Part shown: positions 35,858-50,232 of the stretch, one piece after another | How the letters are laid out: each line of letters starts with the position of its first letter | Numbering within the stretch: position 1 is the stretch's first letter | Origin: Octopus vulgaris | Lineage: Eukaryota | Reading direction: 5' to 3' | Length of the DNA: 64,000 nt | NCBI GenBank assembly: GCA_951406725.2 | Contig: OX597832.1 | Location: 40,982,001-41,046,000, forward strand | The notes under the pieces: generated by a model | Database searches by the model: none | Seen by the model: the letters and a program-made list of their open reading frames with translations, nothing else | What the model was told of the DNA's origin: nothing | Program-made: the position numbers and the translations under genes

Positions 35858-38800
35858 CAGCTGTATGGTTAAGAAGTTTGCTTCCTAACCACATGGCTTC
35901 GGATTCAGTCTGACTCCCTGGCACCTTGAGCAAGCACCTTCTACTATAACCCCAGGCTGAGCAAAGCCTTGTGAGTGGATCTGATAGATAGAAACTGAAA
36001 GAAACCCATTGTGTGTGTGTGTGTGTTTTACTGTCTTCTTGTCTTTGCATGATTGATGTAAACAAGCATCACTGTCATACAACTGGTGTCCTTAATTTCC
36101 AATCTTCCATGAAAACGTGTCCGGCCACAGGGAACTACTGTCTTTCTTGAAAACAGATGAGGGTTGACAGTAGGAAGGGCATCTGGCCTTAAAAAAAAAT
36201 TGCCTCAACAAATTCCATTTGACCCATGCTACCATAGAAAAGTGGACTAGGAAACTATGGTCCTGCAGCTTACAATACATAGATATAGATATTATATACA
36301 CATACACATACCACAGATTTTGTTTTATAGATGAGAATGCTAGAATACTGGGTTTGCTGCAGTAATATTTATGTAAAAGAAATCAGTTTTTAACACTTTT
36401 TATGAAAAAATTTTATATATATTTTTTTACAAATAAACATAGAAATAACAGGTGTAAATAGTGTTAGAATATATCCACTCTGAAGGCTTTGTTCAATCCA
36501 AGGTATAGTAGAACCAAAGCTTTGTGAGTAGATTTGATAGACGGAAACTGAAGGAAGCCCATCATGTGTGTGTGTGTGTGTGTGTGTCTTCCACCACCAT
36601 TTGACAGATTTGATAGACGGAAACTGAAGGAATCCCATCATGTGTGTGTGTGTGTCTTCCACCACCGTTTGACAACTGGTACTGGTGTGTTTACACCCCC
36701 ATAACTTAGCAGTCCAACCAAAGAGACTGATAGAATAAGTACCAGGCTTTAAAAAAGATAACTACTGGGGTCAATTAGTTCAATTGAACATCTTCAAGGT
36801 GGTGCCCCAGCATGGCCACAGTCTAATGACTGAAACAAAGAAAAGATTATATATGTGTGTGTGTATGTATGTGTGTGTGTATTTGGCCATACTGCACCAA
36901 TACACCTACACACATGTTCACATACACACACGCTTGCGCACACGAGTCTGTGTTAATAATGTCTACTGGTTTAAGCCAACATGTCAAACAGCATCCCTTT
37001 GTGTCGAAAGTGTAATAACCGTTCCCTAATGAGAATCAATAACACAAGTACCAAAACCGAAGTAAGAATCATGAGTCAATATAATCGACTCGAAAGAGGT
37101 GAGATACTCCTGCATTACTACAGTCCAACGACTGAAACCAGACAGGAAAAAAAAAACCAAGTAAAACAGTTAACAAAGAGAATATCTCTAAGAAGCGTAA
37201 TTGCACAAGCACCTCCTCATCAGCTGACTCTCTGTCTGTGCTGTCTCATATGTGAACAGTGGCTGGCTATAGCAGTAAAGTCAAGACACCTTGACCTAAA
37301 CATAGCAGAACCAAAGCTAAACCTAAACTGTAAGCTGCCTTAACGTACTGTGGTCTACATAATGTTGTCTACCTCATGTAATTATCTGACTTATTGACAA
37401 CTGTAATTTTGGGGACAATCAACATGGTTTTCCCAATATTTACATCTCAAGTGGAGTCAGAAATGTTAATGAGAAATTGTGGTGTTGTGGCGTTGATGCT
37501 TTTTTCCACAAGTATTGATTATTCATTTTTCAGACAATTGACCTCACCTTTGAAGAGGAGAAAAACGGTCAATATTATATGCACAAGCTGTGGGTTAAGA
37601 AGTTCACTTTGCAGCAAAATAGCTTTGGGTTCACTCCTACTTGGGCAAATGTCTTCTACTACAACCCTGGGCCAACGAATGCCTTGTGTGTAAATTTGGT
37701 GTGGAAGCTTGTCATGTACATATGTATGTGTATATGTGTGTGTGTGTGTGTCTTTGTGTTTGTTCCCTTATCACTGCTTGACAACCAGTGTTGGTTTGTC
37801 TATGTTCTTGTAACTTAGTGGTTCAGCAAGAGATCAGTAAAATAAGTACCAGATTAAAAAAAAAATTTTGTGGGTAGATTTGATAGATGGAAACTGAAGG
37901 AAGCCCATCGTGTGTGTGTGTGTATCTTCCACCACCATTTGACAACTGGTCGCTCACAAAGCTTTGGTTGGCCTGAGGCCACAGAAGGAAACACACGCCC
38001 AAGGTGTCATACAGTGCGATTGAACCTGGAACCATGTCGTTGGGAAGATGTAGGTGCAGTCACGACTGTGTGGTTGAGAAGCTTGCATCCCAATCATGTG
38101 GTCTTTGTTTCAATCTCACAGCACAGTACCTTGGGCCAGTCAGTGTCTTCTACTGTACCCTGGACTGACCAAAGCCTTCAGAGTGGACTTTGGTTGACAA
38201 AAACTGAAAGTACTGGGATCAATTTGTTTGACAAACTCCTTCAAGGGGCTGCCGCAGCATGGCCGCTGTCCAATGACTGAAACATGTAAAAGATAAAATC
38301 TTCATATCTCTAAAAATGTTTCATCAATGGCTGTCTTATTTTTTGTGATTGAACAAAGTACCAGACTGGATTTGGAAAAGGAATCTCAGGCTGAGGATAA
38401 TAATACTCTTATCCATGATGCCACTGATGCATCCCCATTAGCTTAGAAAGGTTCCTGGTTCAAATCCAGTCTGATATTGTCTTTTTCTTTTATCTTTCAC
38501 TTGTTTCAGTCATTAGATTGCGGCCATGCTGGGGCACCTCCTTGAGGAATTTTAGTTGAACTAATTGACTGCAACACTTATTTTCTTTTTAAACCTAGCA
38601 CTTATTCCATTGGTCTCTTTTGTCAAACCACTAAGTTACAGAAATGTAAACACACCAACACTGGTTATCAGGTGACAGGAACAATCACACACACACGACA
38701 GGTTTCTTTCAATCTCCATCTACCAAATCCATTCACAAGTCTTTGGTCAACCCAAGGCTATCGTAGAAGACACTTGCCCAGGGCACCATGCCGTGGAGCT
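35858..38800. repeat. Cluster of older SINE family A copies in both orientations
   Basis: Diverged matches at about 35858-36150, 36480-36845, 37590-37860, 37865-38050 (-), 38050-38295 and 38495-38800 (-). Confidence 0.7.
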
Positions 38801-39219
38801 GTACACATCCAGAAATGAAACATCTAATGATGATTGGAAATCAAAAACCAATCAGAACTTTGTGTAGATGTAAATAATGAAAAAAATTTTTTTCCTCTCA
38901 AAAGATGTTTATATATTTATTACCTTTTGAGAAAGGCATGAAGATCACAACCTCACAATTTCTCATTACCTATCTTAGAAATACCTTTATTTCTAAATGT
39001 TGATTAAATAGTTGCTAGCCCCATTGCACTGATTGATTGAACATTGATACTAACGAGCAATAAACAAAATGTGTGTGTGTGTGTGTACAGGGTATAACAG
39101 GGGTTGGGGATTTTAGGCAAATATTAATTCATTCATGGATAGCCAACAGTGTGTCATGAATGACGAGTCTCCCCCCCCTGTCTTACCCCCAACATCATCT
39201 GCCAACTCAGTCTAAATAA

Positions 39220-40040
39220 ATGCGGTGGTGACAGTGGTATTATTGATGGTGCTGCTGCTGTTGATGATAATGGTATCGTTGGTGGTAGTAGTGGTGGTGG
39301 TGTTGACGACGTTAGTCATATCACTGCTGATGGTGAGGGTGGTGGTGGTAGTAGTGGTGGTGGTGTTGACGACGTTAGTCATATCACTGCTGATGGTGAG
39401 GGTGGTGGTGGTGGTAGTGGTGGTGTTATTGATGGCTGTGACGTTGTTGATGTTTGGTGGCTTTGGTGATGAAGGGGGTAAATTTTTATAAAGTGTCAGG
39501 ATAACCACAGACTCGAGACAGCTGGACCCTAGATATGTCCTCTGAGGTAGGGGGGAAGGGGTGATGATAATAGCTATTGTGATGGTAGCAGTGTTGTGGT
39601 GGTAGTAGTAGTAGTTGCAATCATAAAGAGGTGATGAGTGTTGTGACGACTACGATGTTTGTTGTAGTGGTGGTAGTAGCAGTGGTGATGCTGGTAGTGG
39701 GTTTGTTGTGGTGGTGGTGGTGGTGGTGGTAGCAGTGGTGATGCTGGTAGTGGGTTTGTTGTTGTGGTGGTGGTGGTGGTGGTGGTAGCAGTGGTGATGT
39801 TGGTAGTGGTGATGTCATAGTGATGATGCAGTCGTAGTGGTAGTGTGAGGAACAGCTGTGCTGGATCCAGCAATCTGATTGGCTGCTAGAATGATGACGT
39901 CGACTAAATGGGGGTGGATTTTGCAGAACTCTAAGCATCATGACGACAGTGATGATGATGATGATGATGATAATGATGATGATGATGATGATGGTGTTGG
40001 TGCCTGTCTTACTACTATTGTTGTTGCTGCTGCTGTTGTT
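39220..40040. repeat. (GGT/GAT/GTT)n trinucleotide low-complexity region with higher-order tandem duplications
   Basis: ~63-bp unit twice (about 39280-39420) and ~50-bp unit two to three times (about 39670-39810); similar regions at 45630-45900, 52590-52800 and 61280-61590. Confidence 0.9.
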
Positions 40041-40710
40041 TTAGCAATAAATATTACTTGCCTTCACAATGAAAGGGCGAAAGTGGGGGATTACATCAGC
40101 TGACTCATAAGTTTGATATGTTTCACACAGAGTACACCACACCTCACTTCTCCCTCCCCCACCACCTCCACCATGCTATACTACAGCTAATTATTACTAC
40201 AGATGTCGTTGTTGTTGTTGTTATTGAGGTGTTGTTGGGTTATGATGTCAGTTGGCATTATTGCTACTGTTTACTCCCAGGTCAGTCCTGATCAAGCTGA
40301 CCCATGATCAAAGACTTTCCAACCATGACCATCACATTAAAAAAAAAACAGTATATCTAAGACTACATTTACTTTATCCTCTCTTTTAAAAGATAGTAGA
40401 ATTGTGATTTGAAGGGAAATTGGCTGCTATTTCTACATTTGTAAACTCGTTATGAATGATATTGGTTGTTGTTGTTATTGTTGTTGTTGTTCCCTCATCC
40501 ACCCAAAATCGGCTCTGATCAAGCAAAGCTATGATAAAAAAAATGTTCCATGCCCATCCAGTCTTATTTATATAGTGGGTGGGATTGTTACTTGTTTCAG
40601 TCATTCTTACTGGAACCATTGTGATTCCAGTATGGCTGCAGTTCAAAAATAAGAATCATTAAAAGTATCAAAAAATAAAACAAAAAAATAGTGAATTGCT
40701 GACAATCATG

Positions 40711-41400
40711 GGTGCAGGAGTGGCTGTGTGGTAAGTAGCTTGCTTACCAACCACATGGTTACGGGTTCATTCCCACTGCATGGCACCTTGGGCAAATGTC
40801 TTCTACTATAGTCTCGGGCTGATCAAAACCTTGAGTGGATTTGGTAGATGGAAACTGATAGAAGCCTTTCATATATATATATATATGTGTATGTATATAT
40901 ATACATATATATATATAAAAGCACCATCCGATCGTGGCTGTTGCCAGCCTCGCCTGGCCTCCGTGCCGGTGGCACGTAAAAAGCATCATCCGCTCATGAC
41001 CGTTTGCCAGCCTCGTCTGGCACCTGTTCCGGTGGCACGTAAAAAGCACCCACTACACTCATGGAGTGGTTGGCGTTAGGAAGGGCATCCAGCCGTAGAA
41101 ACATTGCCAGATCAGACTGGGCCTGGCGCAGCCTTCTGGCTTCCCAGACCCCAGTTGTACCGTCCAACCCATGCCAGCATGGAAAGTGGACGCTAAACGA
41201 TGATGATGATGTGTGTGTTTATTCTCCCGACATCGCTTGACAACCGATACTGGTGAGTTTACGTCCCCGTAACTTAACGGTTCAGCAAAAAAGACCGATA
41301 GAATAAGTACTAGGCTTACAAAAAATGTCCTGGTGTCGATTTGCTTGACTAAAGGCGGTGCTCCAGCATGGCCACAGTCAAATGACTGAAACAAGTAAAA
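40711..41400 (+). repeat. SINE family A copy with a nested (GAT)n-tailed family C repeat (about 40917-41210)
   Basis: Family A head at 40711 and tail at about 41400, interrupted in its microsatellite by gccggtggcacgtaaaaagcacc units ending in aaacgatgatgatgat. Confidence 0.8.
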
Positions 41401-41719
41401 GGGTAACCAAGAGTAGAAAACTGTCAGTTCCCAGGAGGTGATTGTTTTGTTTTTTCTTTTTACCTGCAGCACCAAGTAGAGAAGGTCAAACTATGGGACA
41501 GGCCCAGAACTTGACACGCAGCTAAACTTTAAATGAAACAATGACAATAGAGACCAAAGAACATGAAATTTGTGTTAGAATGTTCTATTGTCTGGAATGA
41601 ACAGTATTTGAGCAACATTCTCAGATGTGAAGGTAGAGATTGAGGTAGAAATACATTTGTTTCTAAATTAGACACAAGGCCAACAGTTTGGCAGAAGCAA
41701 GGGTTAATTGATTACATTC

Positions 41720-42823
41720 TTTATTCTTTTACTTGTTTCAGTCATTTGACTGCGGCCATGCTGGAGCACCGCCTTTAGTCGAGCAAATTGACCCCGGGAA
41801 TTATTCTTTGTAAGCCCAGTACTTATTCTTTCGGTCTCTTTTGCCGAACCGCTAAGTGACGGGGACTTAAACACACCAGCATCGGTTGTCAAGCAATGCT
41901 AGGGGGACAAACACACACACACACACACGATGATATATATAACACACACATGACAAGCTTCTTTTTTGGTTCCATCTACCAAATCCACTCACCCTGTTTT
42001 GGTTGGCTCGGGACTCTGGTGTTACACGTTGAACCACGCATTGGGACTGAACCTGTGACAATGTGATTGGGAAACAAACTACTTAAACACACAGCCATGC
42101 ATGCATATGTGTGTGTTTGTGTGTGTGTGTGTGTGAAATAAGCCACAAAAAGGACAAAATATCAGTATCTTTCAACCCTGAATGGGATCGGAGGTGAATT
42201 GTCTCACCCATCTATGACTTTCAGGTGCTTTAACCCTTTCATTACCAACCCAGCTGAAACCGGTTCTGGCTCTGAGTACAAATGTCTTGTTTTCATAAGT
42301 CTTGAATTAAAATCTTCCACCGAACCTTAGTCACAATTTATGTTCCTAACACTAGCTGAATGATGACTAAGTTATTTTACTAAATTCTTTGTTATATTTA
42401 AAGTAATTGAAAGAAATACAGTGTATAAAAAAAAAAACTCTTTAACTTGTTTCAGTCATTTGACTGCGGCCATGCTGGAGCACCGCCTTTAACCGAGCAA
42501 CTCGACCCCGGGACTTATTCTTTTGTAAGCCCAGTACTTATTCTATCGGCCTCTTTGCCGAACCACTAAGTAACGGGGACATAAACACACCAGCATCGGT
42601 TGTCAAGCAAAGCTAGGGGGACAAACAAAGACACACAAACATATATATACATATATACGATGGGCTTCCTTCAGCTTCCGTCTACCAAATCCACTCACAA
42701 GGCATTGTGGTCGACCCGAGGCTATAGTAGAAGACACTTGCCCAAGGTGCCAAGCAGTGGGACTGAACCCGGAACCATGTGGTTGGTAAACAAGCTACTT
42801 ACCACACAGCCACTCCTGCGCCT
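41720..42823 (-). repeat. Two SINE family A copies (41720-42100 and 42438-42823)
   Basis: Sequence match to family A. Confidence 0.8.
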
Positions 42824-42852
42824 ATCTCAAAATAAATACAGTAACAAAAGGG
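42234..42852. mobile_element. piggyBac-like MITE family 2, interrupted by a SINE (about 42438-42823)
   Basis: TTAA-ccctttcattac ... gtaacaaaaggg-TTAA; collinear with the uninterrupted copy at 62010-62230. Confidence 0.75.
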
Positions 42853-42960
42853 TTAAGGGAGTCATCCCCAAAGTGCTGTACTGCAGTGAACCGGTGAAGA
42901 AGCAACACACATACATTGAATATGGAGTATGTGTGGTCAATAATATATAAATGTGTGTAG

Positions 42961-42991
<31 letters not shown>

Positions 42992-43573
42992 TGCCAAAAG
43001 AAATATGTGGTGCACACACACCCGGCTAAGTAAGTAAATTCATAGATAACAAAGCAGATGTGTAAAACAGCTTAGCTAAACAGACTAACAGAGAGAAATA
43101 TAAGACAAATAGTAGGCAGAGTCGCTGGTAGACCTCTCATCCTGGAATATCATCAAAAAGTTGAAGCAGGAAGAAGGTAGGAGGAAGAGGGGGGAGGGGG
43201 TGCAGTGGTGGAGGTCAAGGTCAGAAAGTTGTGAATGAAATGTTGAGAATTCTTAGGTATTGAATGTTATGGGAAATCATTATGTGCATCATGTAGTTGT
43301 ACCTATGCATGTATGACGTGTGTGTATAAACATGTAAATATGTGACAGAAAGAGATGGTCTATACATGTGTGCACACACACACACATATATATATATGTG
43401 TGTGTGTGTGTATATATGTGTGTATATATATATATGTGTGTATATATATATATGTATATATATAATGTATGTATATGTATGTATGTGTATGTATGTGTGT
43501 GTATATATATATATACGTGTGTATATATATATATATATGTGTGTGTGTATATATGTATATGTATGTATGTATA

Positions 43574-43607
<34 letters not shown>

Positions 43608-44297
43608 CGTATGTATATATGTGTGTGTGTGTATATATATATATATGTAATTTATTTATTGAGAAGAATGTCTATGCATTTGTGTGTGTGTGTGTGTTTA
43701 TATAGATATATAATTTGTATACCTGTATACTTTTGTGTATGCACATGCGTGTGTGTGTGTGTGTGTACCTGTGTGTTTGTAGATGGATGGATAGATAGGT
43801 AATTTTTAGTTTCCTCTGTTATCATCCAGTGTAGGTGTGGTAGTGGAGATAGCAGTGGTGGTGATGGGGGGGGACTCTTGAAGAAAAGTAATTAACAACT
43901 TCTGAATGAGCACTCCCAACTCCATAAACCCCACCCCACCCAGCAAATATTGTCTCAGGCAAACTCCACCCAAGGTACGAGGGATAAGTGTTAGATGAGA
44001 GCATCCTAAGCTATTGGCAAACAGACAGACAAGGATGGAGGTGAGGATTTGGATTGCTGGGTGGATGAATTCCTACTACTACCACCACCACCACCATTGT
44101 GGATACGCATATCCTAATCCCCAGTTAATCTCTTTCCTATCCTTTCACAGCCACATAGTAGTATTGCTATCACTGCTACTTGGTAGCAAGATTGTGGGTG
44201 GGATGGTCATACACATATATATTACTACACTAGTCATGTATATATATATATATATACACACACACATACACACACACACAACTACTGTAGTAATATA

Positions 44298-44529
44298 TCT
44301 ATATATATATATATACTAAGTAATTAAGGGTTTAGCAACGATTTGCCTCACCACACACCGAATTTAGAAATAGCAGTCAAAAGAGTTTTGGCTATTCTTT
44401 CTACTTTGTTAAACCCTTAATTACTTAGTATTACTTAAACCTTCCTTGAATGGGGCTTTTACATGCCGAAATCTACTTGGTGAAATTGATGATTATTCCA
44501 AATTAATTAATTTCATCCTATATTATTAT

Positions 44530-44571
<42 letters not shown>

Positions 44572-44948
44572 CTGAAGTTGTCTATGTATGGCAGGTTTGG
44601 CAGCCTTCAACTAACGCTATCTCCTCCGAGACTCTGCGGCGCAAGTTGACCAAAATTGAGAGTATGATAGAAGAAGGCTTGCTCTTCCTTCTGTAGAAGA
44701 ATAAATTCAAATCAGACCATGTTAACACCAAAAATTATTTACATCAAAAAGGGTGCTTTTTTTTCTATGAAAATCCCTATTTTTTACGATTTTTCGACTG
44801 CTGTGTCGTCATTTTTCACTGTATTTCAACCAGAAAAATGTTTACTTAAAGAGAATAACAAGCTACATAATGCAAATTTTTTACTTTTCAAAAATTCCAG
44901 TTCTGAAGGGTCGAAACAAACCCGAGCAACACCGGGCGATACTGCTAG
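44298..44948 (+). mobile_element. Non-autonomous Helitron (with nested fold-back element at about 44314-44530)
   Basis: 5' A|TC-(TA)n start at 44298; 3' GC-rich hairpin cccgagcaacaccggg (44921-44936) followed by CTAG|T at 44945-44949. Confidence 0.7.
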
Positions 44949-47900
44949 TATATATATATATACACACACACGACTACTGTAGTAATATATATATATATAT
45001 ATATAATCTGTGACCATCCCACCCACAATCTTGCTACCAAGTAGCAGTAGTAGCTATACTACCACATCAGCTCCAGCATCACTATTATTTCTCAATTAGC
45101 ACCACGTTGCCTTCACCATGCTACTACTTCCCTAACATCATCATCATCACCATCAAATCTTCTCTCTCTCTCCCACACTCCACAATAGCACTATCCCCCC
45201 CAACATCTGCACTGCTATACTATTTCCCCAGTTCAACCATCATCACCCACACAAACCCTGCCACCATCATCAAGCCAATGAAGGAATCCGATATGCTGGA
45301 AATAACAGCTAAACCTTATGTCAATCACATGCTACTATCATCATCATCATCATCGTTTAGCGTCTGCTTTCCATGCTGGCATGGGTTGGATGGTTCAACT
45401 GGGGTCTGGGAAGCCAGAAGGCTGCACCAGGCCCAGTCTGATCTGGCAATGTTTCTACAGCTGGATGCCCTTATTTTTTAAAAAAATGGACACAATAGAT
45501 AATGCGATCACATCAGTTTCCAAGAAAAATAGATGGTTGTATCTAGAATGCTTTTGATCCTGGGTCATCTGCTCATTGAGAGCTGACCTGGGATTAAACA
45601 ACAAAAACTGCACACACACACACACACCATCCCCATCACCTCCACAATAGCACCATGACCACCACTGCTAATGTCATCAGGAGCAGCCATAGCTCCTGCA
45701 CATCTTCCACCACCAACCCATCTAGCAACATCACCATCACCTACACAATAGCATCATCCCCGTCACCACCATCACCTCCACAATAGCACCATGACCACCA
45801 CTGCTAATGTCATCAGGAGCAGCCATAGCTCCGGCACATCTTCCACCACCACCACCACCCATCTAGCAGCATCACCATCATCTACACAACAGCATCATCC
45901 TTATCTTCCTCCCCAATACTATCATCACTTCACCACATCTATCTCACCCTCTCCAGTTCCCACTACATCACCACCAATGCTGCTGCCACCGCCGCCTCCA
46001 TGCTTAACCCCGCCAATACCACTACCACCTCTGTACATCAACATCACCTGTGAGGGTGGTGGATAGATAAGGTGAGTAAGAAAAGCAACACATTCAATAC
46101 ACACCTCCACCTCCCTTCCCACACACTAAAAAAAAAACGTGTATGGCGAGGGAAGGGTTGGCATGTAGGAATATTGGTGGTGCTAGCAACAGGGTACCAC
46201 ACGGGTAGATGGTACTGTATTTAACTGGTTCTTTATATTACTAACACTCAGTGACTGACAGACACCCACCCATCCACCCACCAATGTACACAAACATAGA
46301 GCAATCAGCTATACTGGCACATTGTCATATACATGCTCACATATGCGCGCACACACACACACTTAGATATATAGATAAGTGTAACACCAATAGGTTTAAG
46401 GTAAGAACTCCAGATTCTCAGGATAGTCTTGTCAGCAACAAACAGTCATTAGAAGAATTTGTGAATTTTTGTGCGATGAAAGAATGGGGTGTGTAACCAT
46501 TCAAGCCTTTAGCCTTGTCTGAAAATGAGGAAAAAATAGTAGAAAAAAACATGATAGGCTCTCTCTCTCTCTCTCTCACACACACGCACACAGACTTGAA
46601 TGAACAGACAGAAATAGAGCAAAGGTTTAGAATAAGAATTATGAGAGAAAATTTCCCAGGATGTTTGCTGCAAAAAATCTGAATGAAGTGGGTGTTAACA
46701 TGCTTAATGTTGTAAGCCAGGAAACTAATTTATAATAATTATCTATTTAGTGATAAGGGCAATAATTATCTAATTAGTTGATTCTAGTAAATAATGTTTA
46801 AAAGACAGAGAGAGAATGCAACAATACTGAAATTTCAATCAAAATTAAATAAATATGAAATGCAGAGATGATGTGGGTATAAGTGCCATGTTTAGAAATG
46901 CAGTGACAACTCTGGACTTGTTTCTACCTTATTAAACCTCATCAGTGAAACAGTCTAACTGCAACTGCCACTATCACAGACAGAAGGTTCTTGGCTCCTT
47001 GAGGAGAAATTTCAGCTAAGGAAGGAACTCATGTAGAGGGAGGGGACTATAATCTGTATACTGTGTCTTTATCAAAAGAATTTACGGGGGATAGAGTGTA
47101 ATTTTTTTTTTCATGTTTGAGTCAGAAGGAAAAGCAGCTCCTATGACTCTTAATGGGATCCCCACAACTAGTGAAAATAATATTAATGATTAGAGTAATA
47201 ACATTGGTGATGATGACAATAATTTTGATAATGACAGTTGCAATAATAGTGTTCCATCAATGTGTTTATCTGGGTCTTTAAACCTATTCTCATAAGAGAC
47301 ATGCTATATATCATCATCATCATCGTTTAACGTCTGCTTTTCGTGCTAGCATGGGTTGGACGATTTGACTGAGGTCTAGCGAACCAGATGGCTGCACCAG
47401 GCTCCAATCTGATCTGGCAGAGTTTCTACAGCTGGATGCCCTTCCTAATGCCAACCACTCCGAGAGTGTAGTGGGTGCTTTTACGTGCCACCGGCACGAG
47501 GGCCAGTCAGGCGGTACTGGCAACGGCCACGCTCAAATGGTGGTTTTTATGTACCACTTGCACAGGAGCCAGTCCAGCAGCACTGGCAATGAAATAATGG
47601 AGTTAACTTACCACTGTCTTTGGTTGAATAACCCTTGGTTTAAAAAAATGTGCAGAGGCCCATCAGATTACCCCCAACACTATAATCACAGGTGAGAAGG
47701 TGAGTTGCATAAAGGTTTCCTTAACCCTCAGGAGACGATAGGGCCAATGTATCAGCCAAAAAGTTGAATGACGAAGGAGATTGTATTAGTTCATTCAATT
47801 TCCTACAAGAATATAGTTTCATATATGTAAAGTAATTTTTTATAATCTTTTTTTCTAAAAATAAGTGCATGCCCTCCATCTTCTTGGCACTAAAACTCCA

Positions 47901-48052
47901 AATGAGGCTTCGTCTCCAAAGGGTTAAGTCCACATCACAATTGATGGGAAACATAGATATTAGACCATTATTTTACAGAAGAAAAATCAAAAGAAAGGTT
48001 TTAATTATACTACAAAATGCATTTATTTGTAAACTAATTCAGCCGTACAACA

Positions 48053-49318
48053 TCAGACCACTTCCTGGTGTATATTACGAAAGTTTACCTCTTTCTCAAT
48101 TAAATATTGCACTAAATTAACAAATGCAGATGGATTTGATAACAAGTCTAATGACTCTTGTAGTTCTTGTCTCTTTGCTATTGACTCAACTGTCTGTTTC
48201 AGATATTTGGGACAATGAGACAGAATCAGCGGACAACTACAAATGTCTTTTTTGGTAATACCAAGACTAGTTAGGTACTCAAAATTGGTAGTTAGTGTTA
48301 CACGGTCTGTAGTTACTAAAGGAGCAATATGGTAAAGTTTCTTCTGCAGAGTTCCAGTATCAATGCCGATTAATTTTGGCAGGAAGACTGTTGATTTGGG
48401 ACTAGGAACTCTCAAGGGAACATTTTTACATGAAATGATGTGAATGATGTGTAACAGACTGACTTTTTCGATTCCAGCTTCTTGCGCCTTGGCATACGCC
48501 TTCTTCAATGTGTCTGTTTTGTGACGTAGAATGTAGGTATGGCTTCGGAGATGCTCAATCGGAATACCGACTGATAGGAGGAAGTCGACTCTTGGCTTCA
48601 GCGTAGTAAGACGCCTGTTCTCTAAGTAAGACATTTTTTCAGCAACAGAAATGGATACATTGAACAGTTTTGCTATATATTCATAGCGATTTTGACTTCC
48701 ATCAAGAACTTTCTGTTCAGTATTGTATTTATTCAGGAATCTCTTAAACTGTTTCTCAGAGATGGCAAGAGACGAAATAGGGAAATCGTTTCCCTCTTGG
48801 TGTACTTTCATTCTTTCGATGCGTCTCTTTAAGGTTTCAAGACTGTAAGAGAGCAGCTGTGGATATTTAATGAAGTGCTCGGCTTTCACATCGAAGCTTT
48901 GAAGATATTTGACCTTTTCTGTAAATGCCGGCATGTTTCTCAGTTTCTTCAGCAATGGAATTTTGGTAATAATTTCATGGAATTCCATTTCGTTGCACTT
49001 CAGAACATCCATCATGTACTCTGTGATGGTGTTGTAACCTTGCATTAAATCCAAAACTGGTTGTAACCGCTTCAAATGAGCATTCGATACTTTAGAGTGA
49101 ACAAGTTTTAACATCTGCACATTGATCTTTCGGTGACCATGTTGCTGCAACCGGGTAGCCCTGTGCATTAGCTCAGCTTGTGGGACCTGCAGGATTTCGG
49201 GACATTCTTGGACTTGATCTAAAGAACAACCAAGGACTTCGAGAGTTTCCAGTTTGCTTTGTAAGCCGTGTCTGCTGAATGGAGCTTTTGGTTTCACAAG
49301 ATCAAGGAATGAAATAAC
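48053..49318 (-). CDS. mTERF-family (mitochondrial transcription termination factor-like) protein, main exon
   Basis: Acceptor tattttAG at 49320-49319, phase 0; ~30-aa Leu/Pro-rich mTERF-type repeats such as KVKYLQSFDVKAEHFIKYPQLLSYSLETLKRRI, RVDFLLSVGIPIEHL and NFEYLTSLGITKKDICSCPLILSHCP; stop TGA at 48055-48053; AATAAA at 48027-48022. Confidence 0.88.
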   Translation of the reverse strand, partial: VISFLDLVKPKAPFSRHGLQSKLETLEVLGCSLDQVQECPEILQVPQAELMHRATRLQQHGHRKINVQMLKLVHSKVSNAHLKRLQPVLDLMQGYNTITEYMMDVLKCNEMEFHEIITKIPLLKKLRNMPAFTEKVKYLQSFDVKAEHFIKYPQLLSYSLETLKRRIERMKVHQEGNDFPISSLAISEKQFKRFLNKYNTEQKVLDGSQNRYEYIAKLFNVSISVAEKMSYLENRRLTTLKPRVDFLLSVGIPIEHLRSHTYILRHKTDTLKKAYAKAQEAGIEKVSLLHIIHIISCKNVPLRVPSPKSTVFLPKLIGIDTGTLQKKLYHIAPLVTTDRVTLTTNFEYLTSLGITKKDICSCPLILSHCPKYLKQTVESIAKRQELQESLDLLSNPSAFVNLVQYLIEKEVNFRNIHQEVV

Positions 49319-50036
49319 CTAAAATATAAATATTTATAAAAGAATAGTAAATTAAAACAAAAGACATATAAAAGTAACATAAGGGTTTTAATTTAGACAC
49401 AAAAAAGGTGGCTGGCTGGTAGAACCCTTGGCCTGCTGGACAAAATGCTCAGCAGCATTTTGTCTGCCTTTACATACCAGCCTCTCCCGTCCACACCACC
49501 AATGTTATCCAAGGAAAAGGCAAAGGGGCCAATACAGCTTGGCACCAGTGACATTGCAATTTATTTCTACAGCTGAGTGGACTGGAGCAATGTGAAATAA
49601 AGGGTCTTGCTCAAGAACATAACACACAGCCCAGTCCAGGAATTGAACTCACTACCTCTTGATTGAGAGCCTGACACTCTAACCACTGAACAATGTGCCT
49701 TCACACAAACACACACTCACGCACGCACACACATACACGAGCTTCTTTCAGTTTTTGTGAACGAAATCCACTCCCACAAGGCCTTGGCCGGCCTAGTGGC
49801 TCACGTTGCTACACAATGAGACTGAACCCGGAACCATGTGATTGGGAAGTGAGCCTCTTAACCACACAGCCACACCTTATAGAACTAATAGGGACTACAC
49901 ACACATACCCAAAGCACACATAGAGCTATAAACCAATGAAACAAGACAGGCACTAACAGTAGAGTATACCTCAAACATCTTAAAACAAAGAGGAGGAGAA
50001 ACAAAATCATAGAAGACGTATAGTAATATATACATA

Positions 50037-50198
50037 GGCGCAGGAATGGCTGTGTGGTAAGTAGCTTGCTAACCAACCACATGGTTCCGGGTTCAGTCCC
50101 ACTGCGTAGCATCTTGGGCAAGTGTCTTCTGCTAAAGCCCCGGGCCGACCAATGCCTTGTGAGTGGATTTGGTAGACGGAAACTGAAAGAAGCCTGTC

Positions 50199-50232
<34 letters not shown>

